A stretch of 64,000 nucleotides of DNA from an uncultured Pseudomonadota bacterium (GCA_963836235.1 CAWIIP010000002.1:1920001-1984000), one strand, 5' to 3'. Positions 8,465 through 18,724 are shown, counted from the first letter of the stretch. Translations and numbers: made by a program. Notes: generated by a model from the sequence alone, not told the origin.

Positions 8465-11400
8465 GTGGCCCGACCGCTTTTTTTAGACGCCCTCAAGAAA
8501 AAAGTCCTCATCTTCGACGGGGCCATGGGTACCAACCTCCAAACCTACAACCTGACCAAAGAGGATTTCGGCGGCAAGGAAGGGCTCAACGACTACCTGG
8601 TCATCACCAAGCCCCAGGTGGTGCGGGAAATTCATGAGGGTTTCTTGAAGGTGGGCGTGGACTGCCTGGAAACCAATACCTTCGGGTCCAACCGCCTGAA
8701 ACTGGAAGAATACGGCATCGGCGACCAGATCGTGCAGGTGAACACCGCCGCCGTCAAGCTGGCCCGCGAACTGGCGGACAAGTATTCCACCCCCGAACAG
8801 CCCCGCTTCGTCGTCGGCTCCATGGGCCCCACGGGCATGCTGCCCGCTTCGGAAGACCCGGACCTGGGCAAGATTACCGTGGACCAGTTGGAAGCCATCT
8901 ATTACGAACAGGCCTGCATCATGATCGACGCGGGCGTGGACGCGCTTCTTGTCGAGACCAGCCAGGATATTTTGGAAATGCGCGCGGCGGTCTTCGGCTG
9001 CCACCGGGCCCGCACGGAGAAAAATTCTCCGGTCGGCCTCATGGCCCAAACCACGTTGGATACCACAGGCCGCATGCTCCTGGGCACCGATATCGGCTCG
9101 GTGCTTTCCACCTTCTCACGCCTGCCCATCGACGTCATCGGCATGAACTGCTCCACGGGTCCGAAAGAAATGAAAGACCCGGTGCGGTACCTGTCCCAGT
9201 ATTCGGAAATTCCCATCTCCACCATCCCCAACGCGGGGCTCCCGGAAAACCGGGGCGGACAGGCGGTTTATCCCTTAAAGCCTGAGGCGCTGGCGGCGGC
9301 GCTGAAAGAATTCGTCGAGGAGTTCGGCGTCAACGTGATCGGCGGCTGTTGCGGCACCACCCACGAGCATTTGCGCCAGGTGGTGGAAGCCATCGGCCAC
9401 CGGGCGCCCAAGAAGCGCGACGTGACCCATCTTTGCAATGTCTCCTCCATGATCAAGTCGGTGGCGATGGACCAGGAACCCAAACCCCTCATCGTGGGCG
9501 AGCGGGTGAATTCACAAGGGTCGAGGAAGATCAAACAGATGCTTTTGGCCGACGATTACGAGGGCATGGTGGCGGTGGGTCGGGGCCAAGCCGAGGGCGG
9601 GGCCCATGTGCTGGATGTTTGCGTGGCCTTGACGGAGCGGGCGGACGAAAAGGACCAGATGAAAGCGGTCGTTAAGAAGCTGGCGCTGGGAGTGGACACG
9701 CCGGTCATGATCGACTCGACCGAGGCGGATGTCATTGAGGCGGCGCTGAAAATCTATCCGGGCCGGGCGATGGTCAATTCCATCAACCTGGAAGGGGACG
9801 GTTCCCGGGTGAAGCGGGTCTGTCCCTTGATTAAGAAATACGGCGCCTCGGTCGTGGCCATGACCATCGACGACCTTTATTACGATAAGTCCAAGCCCGT
9901 TGAGAAGGGCATGGCGAAAACCGCCGCCCGCAAGTTGGAAGTGGCCAAGAAAATCACCGATATCTGCGTGAACGAATATGGCATTCCCGCTGAAGACATT
10001 GTTTTTGACGCGCTCACCTTTACCCTGGCCACGGGCGAGGAAGAATTCAGGAATTCCGCGGTCGAGACGATGGAAGGCATCAAGGCCATTAAGAAGGAAA
10101 TCCCCGGCGTGCGAACCGTTTTGGGACTGTCGAACGTTTCTTTCGGCCTCTCCAAGCCGGCTCGCGAAGTCCTCAACTCGGTCTTCCTCTACCATTGCGT
10201 CAAGGCGGGGTTGGATATGGCTATCCTGAACCCGGCGGACATAAAGCCCTATTCCGCCATCGCGGAAGACGAGCGCAAACTAGCGGACGACCTGGTTTTC
10301 AACCGGGAAACCCAGGCCCTGGCCAGCTTCATCCAGCATTTCGAGGGCAAGGGCCCGGTGGAACAGCAAACCAAGGCCGATCCCACCGAGGGCATGACCC
10401 AGGCCCAAAAGGTCCACTGGAAAATCGTCAACCGTAAGCCCGACAAGATCGAGGAAAATATCGCGGAAGTGCTGAAGGAAAAAACGGCGGTCCAAACCCT
10501 GAATACCGTCCTTCTTCCCGCCATGAAGGAAGTAGGGGACAAGTTCGGCTCGGGAGAATTGATCCTACCCTTCGTGCTCCAGTCCGCCGAGGTTATGAAG
10601 CGTGCTGTGGCTTACGTGGAGCAGTTTTTGGACAAGAACACCGCCACTACCAAGGGCACGGTCGTTCTCGCCACGGTTTACGGCGACGTGCACGACATCG
10701 GCAAAAACCTGGTGCGCACCATCCTTTCCAACAACGGCTACACCGTGCATGACCTGGGCAAGCAGGTGCCCATTTCCACCATTATCGCCAAGGCGCAGGA
10801 AGTGAAGGCCGACGCCATAGGGCTTTCAGCCCTTTTGGTCGTCACTTCCAAGCAAATGCCCATCTGCGTGCAGGAACTAGAAAAGCTGGGGCTCAACTAT
10901 CCCGTGGTCGTGGGCGGGGCCGCCATCAACCGCCGCTATGGCTACCGCATCAGCTTCGTGGACGAGAAGCTTTACGAGCCGGGCGTCTATTACGCCAAGG
11001 ACGCCTTCGAGGGGTTGGACATCTTGAACGCCCTGTCGGATTTGGGCTCGAGGGAAACTTTCCGCAACCGGGTGAAGGAAGAGGCGTTGAATTCCAAGGC
11101 CGCCGGGTTCGCCGACGCGAAAGTGGAAGAGGGCGAAGCCACGCCGGACAAGTATCCGCCCACGGTGAAACCGGCGATGTCGATTCCGAAGAGCCCTTTC
11201 GCTGGGACTTCCATTATTAAGAAGGTTCCCTTGAGGGAAATCTGGCCTTTCTTGGACCTGACCCAGCTTTACAAACTCAATTGGGGCGTGAAGGGCAAGG
11301 ACGGGGATGAGTATAAGTACCTGATTCAGACACAATTCGAGCCCATGCGTCTCAAGATGCAGGATGAGATTTTGGCCAAGAACTGGTTCGAGCCCAAGCT

Positions 11401-11938
11401 GGTGTACGGTTTCTGGTTGGCCAACTCGGATGGCAACGACCTGATGATTTACGACGGCAACGATCCCAAGAAAGAACTGGAACGCTTCAAGTTTCCCCGC
11501 CAAAGGGTGGGGCGGCACCTGTGCCTTTCCGATTACTTCAAGCCGGTGTCCTCGGGCGAGAAGGATGTGGTGGCTTTCCAGGTCGTTACGATTGGCGACA
11601 AGGCCACGGAAATCATTGAGCAGTTGAACAAGGACGGGAAATACAGCGATTCCTACTATTTACATGGGCTGGCGGTGCAGACCGCCGAGGCTATGGCGGA
11701 ATGGATTCACCGACGAATCCGCAAGGAATGGGACCTGCCTATCGGGCAAGGGAAGCGTTATTCGCCCGGCTATCCCGCCTGCCCCGAGCAATCGGACCAG
11801 GAAAAGTATTTCCGGCTCCTCGACGCCACGAAGGCTATCGGCATCACCCTTACCGAAGCCCACATGATGGTGCCGGAACAATCGACCTCCGCCATCGTCA
11901 TCCACCACCCCGAATGCGAGTATTTCGCGGTGAGGTGA
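8465..11938 (+). CDS. metH: Cobalamin-dependent methionine synthase
   Basis: DGAMGT, GMNCSTGP, GGCCGT, GDVHDIGKNLV, RYSPGYPACP. Confidence 0.98.
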   Translation: MARPLFLDALKKKVLIFDGAMGTNLQTYNLTKEDFGGKEGLNDYLVITKPQVVREIHEGFLKVGVDCLETNTFGSNRLKLEEYGIGDQIVQVNTAAVKLARELADKYSTPEQPRFVVGSMGPTGMLPASEDPDLGKITVDQLEAIYYEQACIMIDAGVDALLVETSQDILEMRAAVFGCHRARTEKNSPVGLMAQTTLDTTGRMLLGTDIGSVLSTFSRLPIDVIGMNCSTGPKEMKDPVRYLSQYSEIPISTIPNAGLPENRGGQAVYPLKPEALAAALKEFVEEFGVNVIGGCCGTTHEHLRQVVEAIGHRAPKKRDVTHLCNVSSMIKSVAMDQEPKPLIVGERVNSQGSRKIKQMLLADDYEGMVAVGRGQAEGGAHVLDVCVALTERADEKDQMKAVVKKLALGVDTPVMIDSTEADVIEAALKIYPGRAMVNSINLEGDGSRVKRVCPLIKKYGASVVAMTIDDLYYDKSKPVEKGMAKTAARKLEVAKKITDICVNEYGIPAEDIVFDALTFTLATGEEEFRNSAVETMEGIKAIKKEIPGVRTVLGLSNVSFGLSKPAREVLNSVFLYHCVKAGLDMAILNPADIKPYSAIAEDERKLADDLVFNRETQALASFIQHFEGKGPVEQQTKADPTEGMTQAQKVHWKIVNRKPDKIEENIAEVLKEKTAVQTLNTVLLPAMKEVGDKFGSGELILPFVLQSAEVMKRAVAYVEQFLDKNTATTKGTVVLATVYGDVHDIGKNLVRTILSNNGYTVHDLGKQVPISTIIAKAQEVKADAIGLSALLVVTSKQMPICVQELEKLGLNYPVVVGGAAINRRYGYRISFVDEKLYEPGVYYAKDAFEGLDILNALSDLGSRETFRNRVKEEALNSKAAGFADAKVEEGEATPDKYPPTVKPAMSIPKSPFAGTSIIKKVPLREIWPFLDLTQLYKLNWGVKGKDGDEYKYLIQTQFEPMRLKMQDEILAKNWFEPKLVYGFWLANSDGNDLMIYDGNDPKKELERFKFPRQRVGRHLCLSDYFKPVSSGEKDVVAFQVVTIGDKATEIIEQLNKDGKYSDSYYLHGLAVQTAEAMAEWIHRRIRKEWDLPIGQGKRYSPGYPACPEQSDQEKYFRLLDATKAIGITLTEAHMMVPEQSTSAIVIHHPECEYFAVR

Positions 11939-12151
11939 TTTGAAGCGGGCGGTCATTTTTTTGTCGATGTTTTCCTATCTCAGTGAACCTTCACCCGGAA
12001 AGCCTGGATCATGTTCAGTTAAACGAGCATTTATATTTTTTCCGTTAATTGAAAAAGTTCGGGGCTGAAAGTATTTTATTCCCCGCCTCCGGCTTCCGGG
12101 TTGGGCCGGGCTTCGGGGGAGAGAGATGGAATATCCACAAAGGAAAATGAA

Positions 12152-12739
12152 ATGAAAAAAATATTGTTCGGATGCGGAGTTCTGGCCTTGGCGCTTTTAG
12201 CGGTCGATACGGTTTTCGTGGGCTGCGGCAGCAATTCCACTTCGGGGCCCGTCACGGTAACCCAGGCGGCTTCCACCTGCACCGGAACTTATGGCTTCGC
12301 CTATTCGGGTCCTTCCAATTCCGCGAATTTAAATAAAATCCTCTCCGGCGGCGTCAGCATCAACTCCTCCGGGCCCGTAACCGCCTTCAACATGGGCCTT
12401 TATGTCCTCGACACCAGCACGCAAGGCCCCATCCGGGGTGCCATCTACGCCGGTACCAATGCCGGACCCACCACCCTCATCGCCCAGTCCGCCCCGCAAA
12501 CCGACGTGATCGGGGCCTGGAATGAAATTGCCCTTCCCACCGCGGTTTTAAGCCCGGGCTACTATTGGCTTGCCATCATGGCTCAAAATACCTCCTACGT
12601 CGGGGCGGACATTAGTAATACGAGCGGTTATATCTTCGTAACCAATTCCACCGTGGCTTTTGGATCTTTTCCGTCCACCATGCCCGCGGGTACAACGAGT
12701 AATTTCACCAATTGTTTCTACGTCAATACCTGTCCTTGA
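12152..12739 (+). CDS. Putative lipoprotein, hypothetical
   Basis: MKKILF...FVGC lipobox-like; beta-rich body with GYYWLAIM. Confidence 0.75.
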   Translation: MKKILFGCGVLALALLAVDTVFVGCGSNSTSGPVTVTQAASTCTGTYGFAYSGPSNSANLNKILSGGVSINSSGPVTAFNMGLYVLDTSTQGPIRGAIYAGTNAGPTTLIAQSAPQTDVIGAWNEIALPTAVLSPGYYWLAIMAQNTSYVGADISNTSGYIFVTNSTVAFGSFPSTMPAGTTSNFTNCFYVNTCP

Positions 12740-12782
12740 CGGGGTTCCCCATTCGTCACGGGTTTGTGGATAGGCTTTCGCG

Positions 12783-12866
12783 GAAGACCACATGATGGTG
12801 CCGGAACAGTCCACCGGCGCCATCGTCCTCCGCCACCCCGAACGCGGGTATTTCACGGTTCGATAG
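12783..12866 (+). repeat. Diverged duplicate of metH 3' end (28 codons)
   Basis: EDHMMVPEQSTGAIVLRHPERGYFTVR* versus metH EAHMMVPEQSTSAIVIHHPECEYFAVR* (11855-11938). Confidence 0.92.
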
Positions 12867-12873
12867 GCCCTAT

Positions 12874-12902
12874 TTGACAGTTATATCGTTAGTCGATATA
12901 AT
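12874..12902 (+). promoter_or_regulatory. Consensus sigma70 promoter of higBA with overlapping palindromic operator
   Basis: TTGACA-N17-TATAAT; palindrome TTATATCG-ttagt-CGATATAA. Confidence 0.85.
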
Positions 12903-12910
12903 TCCTCCTG

Positions 12911-13201
12911 ATGATTCATTCCATCGCGGATAAATTGACGCAGGATGTCTTTGATGGTGTGAACTCGAAGGCGGCCCGGCGTTTTCCCCCGGAACTACAC
13001 CGAAAGGCGAGGCATAAGCTGGATTTGCTGAACGCCGCGGGTAACTTGAACGATTTGCGGGTTCCGCCCGGAAACCAGTTGGAAGCATTGAAGGGCGATT
13101 TGAAGGGTTATTTCAGTATTCGAATCAATGATCAGTGGCGCGTTATTTTCAAGTGGATCGAAAACAATGCCGAAGAAGTGCGAATCGCAGATTATCACTG
13201 A
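12911..13201 (+). CDS. higB: HigB/RelE-family toxin
   Basis: DLRVPPGNQLEALKGD..G.FSIRINDQWR..F.W...DYH. Confidence 0.93.
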   Translation: MIHSIADKLTQDVFDGVNSKAARRFPPELHRKARHKLDLLNAAGNLNDLRVPPGNQLEALKGDLKGYFSIRINDQWRVIFKWIENNAEEVRIADYH

Positions 13202-13212
13202 GGAGGTGGGAA

Positions 13213-13506
13213 GTGTTACCTAAAAATAGGCCTGCGACACATCCAGGCGAAATCTTAAGCGAGGAATTTCTGGTTCCCATGGGTGTTTCCCAAAACGCCC
13301 TTGCCTCTCATTTGGGCTGGTCCCATGCCAAGGTGAACGAAATTATCCATGGCCGTCGTGGCATCACTCCCGAAGCCGCCTTGTCCTTAGCCGATGTATT
13401 GGGGACCACGCCGGACCTGTGGTTGAATATGCAACAGAATTTTGACCTTTGGAAAGCCCAGCGCATTCACCACAAGAAGAAACCTCTATTGGCGAAAGCA
13501 GGTTAA
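13213..13506 (+). CDS. higA: HigA antitoxin (Xre HTH)
   Basis: THPGEILSEEFL..., GRRGITPEAAL, WLNMQ; GTG start after GAGGAGG. Confidence 0.93.
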   Translation: MLPKNRPATHPGEILSEEFLVPMGVSQNALASHLGWSHAKVNEIIHGRRGITPEAALSLADVLGTTPDLWLNMQQNFDLWKAQRIHHKKKPLLAKAG

Positions 13507-13538
13507 AGAGTCATCGTCGGCAACTCTAAGGTATTCAC

Positions 13539-14351
13539 ATGAAGAAAATCATTTCTTGGGCGCTCTTCTTTTTATCAGGCTCCGCCGGGTTCGCCGCCAC
13601 CGACCAGGCGACGATTGATCTTTTAAACCAGCTCGACGGGCATTATTACTGTTTGACGCGCGAAGGGCTCGCTGATTTTCAATGTGAAGTGAAATGTTCC
13701 CTCCTCGATAAGTACAAAGTCGCCTGTTTGAAGAACTATTCCCCCGACGACAAGCGAACCCAAGCCATCGTTCGAGCGAAACTGATACTGACCTATTCCA
13801 CCGATGGAAAGCTGTCCTTGGACGTCTCCAATTTCGACCCCAACGGCGAGGGGGCTTTCGATGAAAACATCGATAAAATCATGGCCATCGCGAAGGATTC
13901 TTTTAACGAGAGTATTTACCCCTGGCGTTCCAGCGTTTTGGACCCGCCTTTCGGCGGGGACGATTTCGAGAAATTCGACCTGCAAGTGAAGAAAAATGAC
14001 GCGGGTTTTCAGGTCGTTTCCACGGGGGCCCAGCCGGTGACCGAGTATGTGGATAAACAATGGAGGATAACCGAGATTCAGGCGGGCAGTCTCACGGCCA
14101 TTCAGGATTGCAAGTTCCAATATGCCGATACTCCCCAGGGGATGATCTTATCCCAGGTCGATGCCCGCTTGCCCCAAAAGGCCAGCGAGGAAATTGTTCA
14201 GATGGAGTATCAAACGATGGACGGCCTCATGATGCCCACGAAAATGACGGTGCGGGTGGAGAGAACGGAAAAGGTGGACGATACTCCTTTTGAGGTGGTT
14301 TTTGAGTTTAGGAATTATCAAATTGATAAAAGCACGGAAGGAAAGAAGTAA
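13539..14351 (+). CDS. Secreted hypothetical protein
   Basis: Signal peptide, 270 aa ORF. Confidence 0.7.
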   Translation: MKKIISWALFFLSGSAGFAATDQATIDLLNQLDGHYYCLTREGLADFQCEVKCSLLDKYKVACLKNYSPDDKRTQAIVRAKLILTYSTDGKLSLDVSNFDPNGEGAFDENIDKIMAIAKDSFNESIYPWRSSVLDPPFGGDDFEKFDLQVKKNDAGFQVVSTGAQPVTEYVDKQWRITEIQAGSLTAIQDCKFQYADTPQGMILSQVDARLPQKASEEIVQMEYQTMDGLMMPTKMTVRVERTEKVDDTPFEVVFEFRNYQIDKSTEGKK

Positions 14352-14390
14352 TAAACTTTTAAAGATGGCATAGAATTACTTATCAATATT

Positions 14391-14708
14391 ATGATTCGAG
14401 GAGGTTTCACCTTGGCAGAATATGATTCTAAAATAATTCATAAATTTGCGGATAGGCTTTACAGTCAGGCTCAAACGGTCTTATTTACCTACCCACTAAT
14501 TGGTGGCTTATTAGTAGCAGGAATAATTTATGGTTTTGAACTTTACTCCCGCACAACAACCAATCATCACTTGTTTGGTTTTATAGTTGGGGCTCTCATT
14601 GGTTATTTGATTGCCACCGAGAAAGCATTTAAGCTCAAACTAGAAGCTCAAACCGCCTTGTGCCAGGCAAAAATCGAGGAAAATACGAGGAAGCAAGGAG
14701 GCATCTAA
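14391..14708 (+). CDS. Small two-TM hypothetical protein
   Basis: Two hydrophobic segments; TAATG overlap with next gene. Confidence 0.65.
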   Translation: MIRGGFTLAEYDSKIIHKFADRLYSQAQTVLFTYPLIGGLLVAGIIYGFELYSRTTTNHHLFGFIVGALIGYLIATEKAFKLKLEAQTALCQAKIEENTRKQGGI

Positions 14709-15787
14709 TGAAAAATGATAAAGACGAGGATCTTATTGTTGATGAAGTCGCCGAGGAAACGGAAGCGCCCGTAGTCTATGACATTGCCACCTATCCTTCA
14801 GATTTAACTTTAAGTGTTCTTTATGAAATGTGGAAAAATGGTGATATAAAAATACCCGAATACCAAAGAAATTATGTTTGGAATATTAAACAAGCATCTT
14901 TGTTAATTGAGTCTTTTCTTTTAGGACTTCCAATCCCGCAAGTTTTTTTTCATGTCGATGAAAACAATAAAAATTTAGTAATAGATGGCCAACAAAGATT
15001 ACTAAGCATAATTTATTATTTTAATGGTTATTTTGGTGACGAAGATATTCGCGGTAAAAAACAAACATTTCGTCTTCAAGGGTTAGATGAAAAAAATCCT
15101 TTTTATAACAAAGGATATAACGATTTAGACGAAAGTTTAAAACGGCGATTCAAGAGCTGCATTCTAAGAGTTATAAATATCAGGCAACTACATCCAAAAG
15201 ACGAAAGTACTTCCGTCTATCATATTTTTGAACGACTTAATACTGGAGGCACGCCTCTAAAACCACAGGAAATTCGTAACTGCGTTTTTCTTGGAGGTTT
15301 AGTGAAAATTTTAGGAAGCTTAAATAAAGATCCTAATTGGCGAAAAATTCTAGGAAAGAAAAATTTAGATAAGCACCAGAAGGACGTTGAACTTGTTTTG
15401 AGAGTTTTTGCTCTTAGCGGAAATTGGGAAAAATATCAAAAGCCAATGAAGGAATACCTGAATAATGCGATGAGGAAAGAGCGCGGCGGTGATTCTCAAA
15501 GAGTTCAAAAATTCAAAAACAATTTCAAAAAAATCTCAAAATATATTTATCAGAATTTGGGCGAAAAACCATTTCGTATTCGTGGCCCACTAAATACGGC
15601 CATATTAGACTCGACGTTTTGTGTTCTCATGGAAAATAGTGAAAAATTGCCAAAAGATTTAGATAAAAGGTTTAAAAAACTGTTTAAAAACAAAGAATAT
15701 ATTGATTCCACTTTAAGCGCCACCACGGACGTCTTGGTTTTGAAAAAGAGATTCGAAAAGGCCAAAGAAATTTTAATTAGAAAATAG
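14708..15787 (+). CDS. DUF262 (GmrSD N-terminal/ParB-like) protein
   Basis: IPEYQRNYVW, LIESFLLGLPIP, VIDGQQRL, IFERLNTGG.PL. Confidence 0.92.
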   Translation: MKNDKDEDLIVDEVAEETEAPVVYDIATYPSDLTLSVLYEMWKNGDIKIPEYQRNYVWNIKQASLLIESFLLGLPIPQVFFHVDENNKNLVIDGQQRLLSIIYYFNGYFGDEDIRGKKQTFRLQGLDEKNPFYNKGYNDLDESLKRRFKSCILRVINIRQLHPKDESTSVYHIFERLNTGGTPLKPQEIRNCVFLGGLVKILGSLNKDPNWRKILGKKNLDKHQKDVELVLRVFALSGNWEKYQKPMKEYLNNAMRKERGGDSQRVQKFKNNFKKISKYIYQNLGEKPFRIRGPLNTAILDSTFCVLMENSEKLPKDLDKRFKKLFKNKEYIDSTLSATTDVLVLKKRFEKAKEILIRK

Positions 15788-16051
15788 ATATGTATAAAAA
15801 AAACTTTAAAAATGCCGAAAATCTTTTTATCGAACTAGATAAAGTAGTTGCTCAAAATCAAAATCATTATTTCAAATCTAGATTAACAGGATTCATCGCT
15901 GTTAGTGCCGTAACAGTTTATGAATTGGCAATCAAAGAAATATTTATTAATTTTGCTACAAAAAAACACAAAATATTGGGAAATTTTACGAGTGAATTTT
16001 TTGAAAAAATAAATGGAAGAATTAAAAAGGACAATTTAAGAAAAGACTATA

Positions 16052-17103
16052 GCTGAATTCAACCAGTAAGTGCAACACCTAGACGAAAGACCTGCTCCGG
16101 CGTTTTGAAGCGAAGGCACTTGCGTGGACGGCTGTTGAGAGCCCGCTCCACACGTCGCACGTTCGCTGGAGTTATGGTAGCAAAATCGGTTTTCTTTGGA
16201 TAGAAGCGCCGCACCAAACCATTAGTGTTTTCGACGGTTCCCTTTTCCCAACTGTGGAAAGGAAGACAGAAAAAGGAACGGGTTCCTAAGAGATTGTTAA
16301 CTTGAAGATGCTCGATGTTTTCAGAGCCGTTGTCGTAAGTAATGGTCCGGTGTAACCCCTTCGGAAAGAGGGTGAGCCGTCGATTGATAGCTGCTCGTGT
16401 TTTCGAAGCGGACTTTTGAGGCAACCAGGCGAGTTTCACGAGGCGGCTTTTTCGTTCGACCATCACCAAAAGGGAGGCTTTACTTTTTCTGGAGATGATG
16501 GTGTCCGCTTCCCAGTGACCAAATTGACGCCGCGTCTGCACGATGGCGGGTCGTTGAGTGATCGGAGTTCGTTCTGGAATATGGCTTTTTCGATGTTTGT
16601 GCGAATGCCATCGGCGAAGCCGCTTTCGATGGGAACGAGCCAAGAGAGGGATGAGGTTTCGGGCTTCGGAATAAATGAACTGGTAGACGGCCTCGTGGGA
16701 AATGAATAGTTTGGAGTTCTCAAGGCGAAGCTGACCAGCAATTTGTTCGGGAGAAAACCCCTGATGAAGCTTACGCAAAACATGTTGTCGGATCCCTGGT
16801 TTTTTGAGACGCAGATGGGTCCGAGAGAGTTGGTTACGCTGGGTAGATCGCAGGTGAGCCCGAGCTGGTAGATAACGGCCAGGACGTAAAGGTGGTGCGT
16901 TACGCTTCAACTCTCGGGAAACACTGGACACATCACGTTCGAGGCGTCGGGCGATTTCTCGTATGGAGAGGCCTTCTGCCTTCCAAACTGCGATTTCTTC
17001 ACGTTCGGCAAACGACAGGTGCTTGTAGGATTGTTTCATAAAACTTAGGATAACCCCCGGATTCTGCCGGGGCTAAGTGTTGCACTTCGCTATTGAACTG
17101 GGG
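16052..17103 (-). mobile_element. IS30-family insertion sequence 1
   Basis: Imperfect terminal IRs (TTCAA..AG..AAGTGCAACAC), 3-bp target duplication ATA. Confidence 0.92.
16059..17039 (-). CDS. IS30-family transposase
   Basis: HTH SRELKRN, GHWEADT, TYDNGSE, WEKGTVENTNGLVR. Confidence 0.96.
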   Translation of the reverse strand: MKQSYKHLSFAEREEIAVWKAEGLSIREIARRLERDVSSVSRELKRNAPPLRPGRYLPARAHLRSTQRNQLSRTHLRLKKPGIRQHVLRKLHQGFSPEQIAGQLRLENSKLFISHEAVYQFIYSEARNLIPLLARSHRKRLRRWHSHKHRKSHIPERTPITQRPAIVQTRRQFGHWEADTIISRKSKASLLVMVERKSRLVKLAWLPQKSASKTRAAINRRLTLFPKGLHRTITYDNGSENIEHLQVNNLLGTRSFFCLPFHSWEKGTVENTNGLVRRFYPKKTDFATITPANVRRVERALNSRPRKCLRFKTPEQVFRLGVALTG

Positions 17104-17436
17104 ATATAAAAAAATATGGAGAAAAATATTTAAGGAAATTCGATAAAGTTGTTAAAGAAAAAGGCGACAGAATATTTAAAAAACATCACGAAGACATTCT
17201 CAGCTGTTATGAAAATGTCATTACCTGGCGCCATGATTTTATTCACGAAGGTAAAACACCGACAACTGCTACTTATGAAGAGGTGAAAAAGTCTTATTTT
17301 TATGGAAAATTTGTAATTCATTCTTTGGCCAAAGCTATGAAGAAATAAATTAAAATTATTTAGCTAGTCATTAAATTTTCGATCGACATTTCATTTATCA
17401 AAGGCTTATTTCTTTCTTTTCTCCCGAATTAAACCC

Positions 17437-18491
17437 GCCGAATTCACGGAGTAAGTGCAACACTTCGCCGGAAGACTTCCGCCGGAGTTTGAAAGCCCAA
17501 ACATTTTTTGGGCCTGTTATTAAGCCATCTTTCAATGGCTTTGAGCTCTTTGAGAGACACTTTAGCAAGGTCGGTCTTTTTAGGCAAATGGCGGCGGACA
17601 AGACCGATAGTATTTTCCACTGTGCCTTTTTCCCAACTGTGGAAAGGAACGCAGAAAAAGGATTTTGTACCAAGCACATGGTTGGTTTCCAGGTGGTTGG
17701 TGTTTTCGGTTCCGTTGTCGTAGGTCAGGCTCAAACGAGCCTCTTGAGGAAAGCGGCATAAAGAGCGGTTGAGGCTGTGACTCATGTGGGAAGCGGTTTT
17801 TCGTTTCAGCTTTCCCAATTTGGAAAAACGGCTTTGACGCTCGACAAGTGCCCGGAGAGCAACTTTACTTTGACGAGAAACCATCGTGTCCGTTTCCCAG
17901 TGGCCGAACTGCTTGCGTTGGTTGACGACCTTGGGCCTTTTGTCGATGGAAACTCGGCCTGGGATATGGTTTTTGGCGTGCCTGTGGCTGTGACCGAAGG
18001 TGAGCCGCCGCCGGTGGTGACGGACGAGGCAAGGAATCAGATCAGTGGCCTCAGCGTAAATCCACTGGTAGATGGCTTCGGGGCCAATGGTTTGCTTAGG
18101 CCGCAGGTGGCCTAAACGGCCTGAAATGAGTTCGGGAGACCAGCCTCGTTTCAATTGGCGACGGACGTAGGCACGAATTCGTTTTGTTTTCAGGCGTAAA
18201 CGACAAGCCCGTTGTTGGTTGCGGGTCACATACCGTTGATGGGCCCGATGGGACAGATAGTAACCCGAACGGATGGGGGGAGCGTTGCGCTTGAGTTCCC
18301 TGGAGAGGGTGGAAGGAGACCTCTTCAAGGCACGGGAAATGGCCCGAAGGCTGAGGCCCTTTCCCTTCAAGACGGATAAATGATCTCTTTCCTCAACACT
18401 TAAATGCTTGTAGTTCTTTTTCATGGCCGCATATCCTATTGATGCGGCCTTCTTCAGGCACTAAGTGTTGCACTTACTTATGGAACTCGGG
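17437..18491 (-). mobile_element. IS30-family insertion sequence 2
   Basis: IRs containing AGTAAGTGCAACACTT at both ends, 3-bp target duplication CCC. Confidence 0.92.
17444..18424 (-). CDS. IS30-family transposase
   Basis: GHWETDT, TYDNGTE, WEKGTVENTIGLVR. Confidence 0.96.
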   Translation of the reverse strand: MKKNYKHLSVEERDHLSVLKGKGLSLRAISRALKRSPSTLSRELKRNAPPIRSGYYLSHRAHQRYVTRNQQRACRLRLKTKRIRAYVRRQLKRGWSPELISGRLGHLRPKQTIGPEAIYQWIYAEATDLIPCLVRHHRRRLTFGHSHRHAKNHIPGRVSIDKRPKVVNQRKQFGHWETDTMVSRQSKVALRALVERQSRFSKLGKLKRKTASHMSHSLNRSLCRFPQEARLSLTYDNGTENTNHLETNHVLGTKSFFCVPFHSWEKGTVENTIGLVRRHLPKKTDLAKVSLKELKAIERWLNNRPKKCLGFQTPAEVFRRSVALTP

Positions 18492-18676
18492 CCCTCTTTT
18501 GCTCCCGCATCCAAACAATTTGCCCCGTGTGGTGGCGGACATGCCAAGCATAGGTACCCAAGGCGCTTGAAAGCTTTGTGGCCTGGTTGTTCCGGGGGTT
18601 GATGTAGGCCCGGGCAAACTCTTCCTCGGTCATGGTCCGCATCAACCGCACCCACTGCCGACGCGGGTCCTTCAGT
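18492..18676 (-). pseudogene. Duplicate 3' end of the DinB/YfiT gene; final bases displaced to 17429-17436 by IS30 no. 2
   Basis: QWVRLMRTMTEEEFARAYINPRNNQATKLSSALGTYAWHVRHHTGQIVWMREQKRV* nearly identical to C-terminus of 19738-20253. Confidence 0.92.
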
Positions 18677-18683
18677 GGCTGGG

Positions 18684-18724
18684 TTGACCAATAACTTGAC
18701 TTATACTTGACTCATAATTAGACT
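18684..18724 (+). promoter_or_regulatory. Fic promoter with phased TTGAC repeats
   Basis: TTGACT-N17-TAGACT six nt before ATG; TTGAC at 18684, 18696, 18707 and TAGAC at 18719. Confidence 0.6.

Larger units (their letters stand above)
15790..17348 (+). pseudogene. HEPN-domain gene split by IS30 (15790-16051 + 17104-17348)
   Basis: Removing IS and one ATA copy gives in-frame ...LRKDYIKKYGEKY...WRHDFIHEG...AMKK*; RxxxxH motif. Confidence 0.85.

Noticed and set aside
16052-18491. Composite transposon formed by the two IS30s
   Set aside because: Each has its own target duplication, indicating independent insertions
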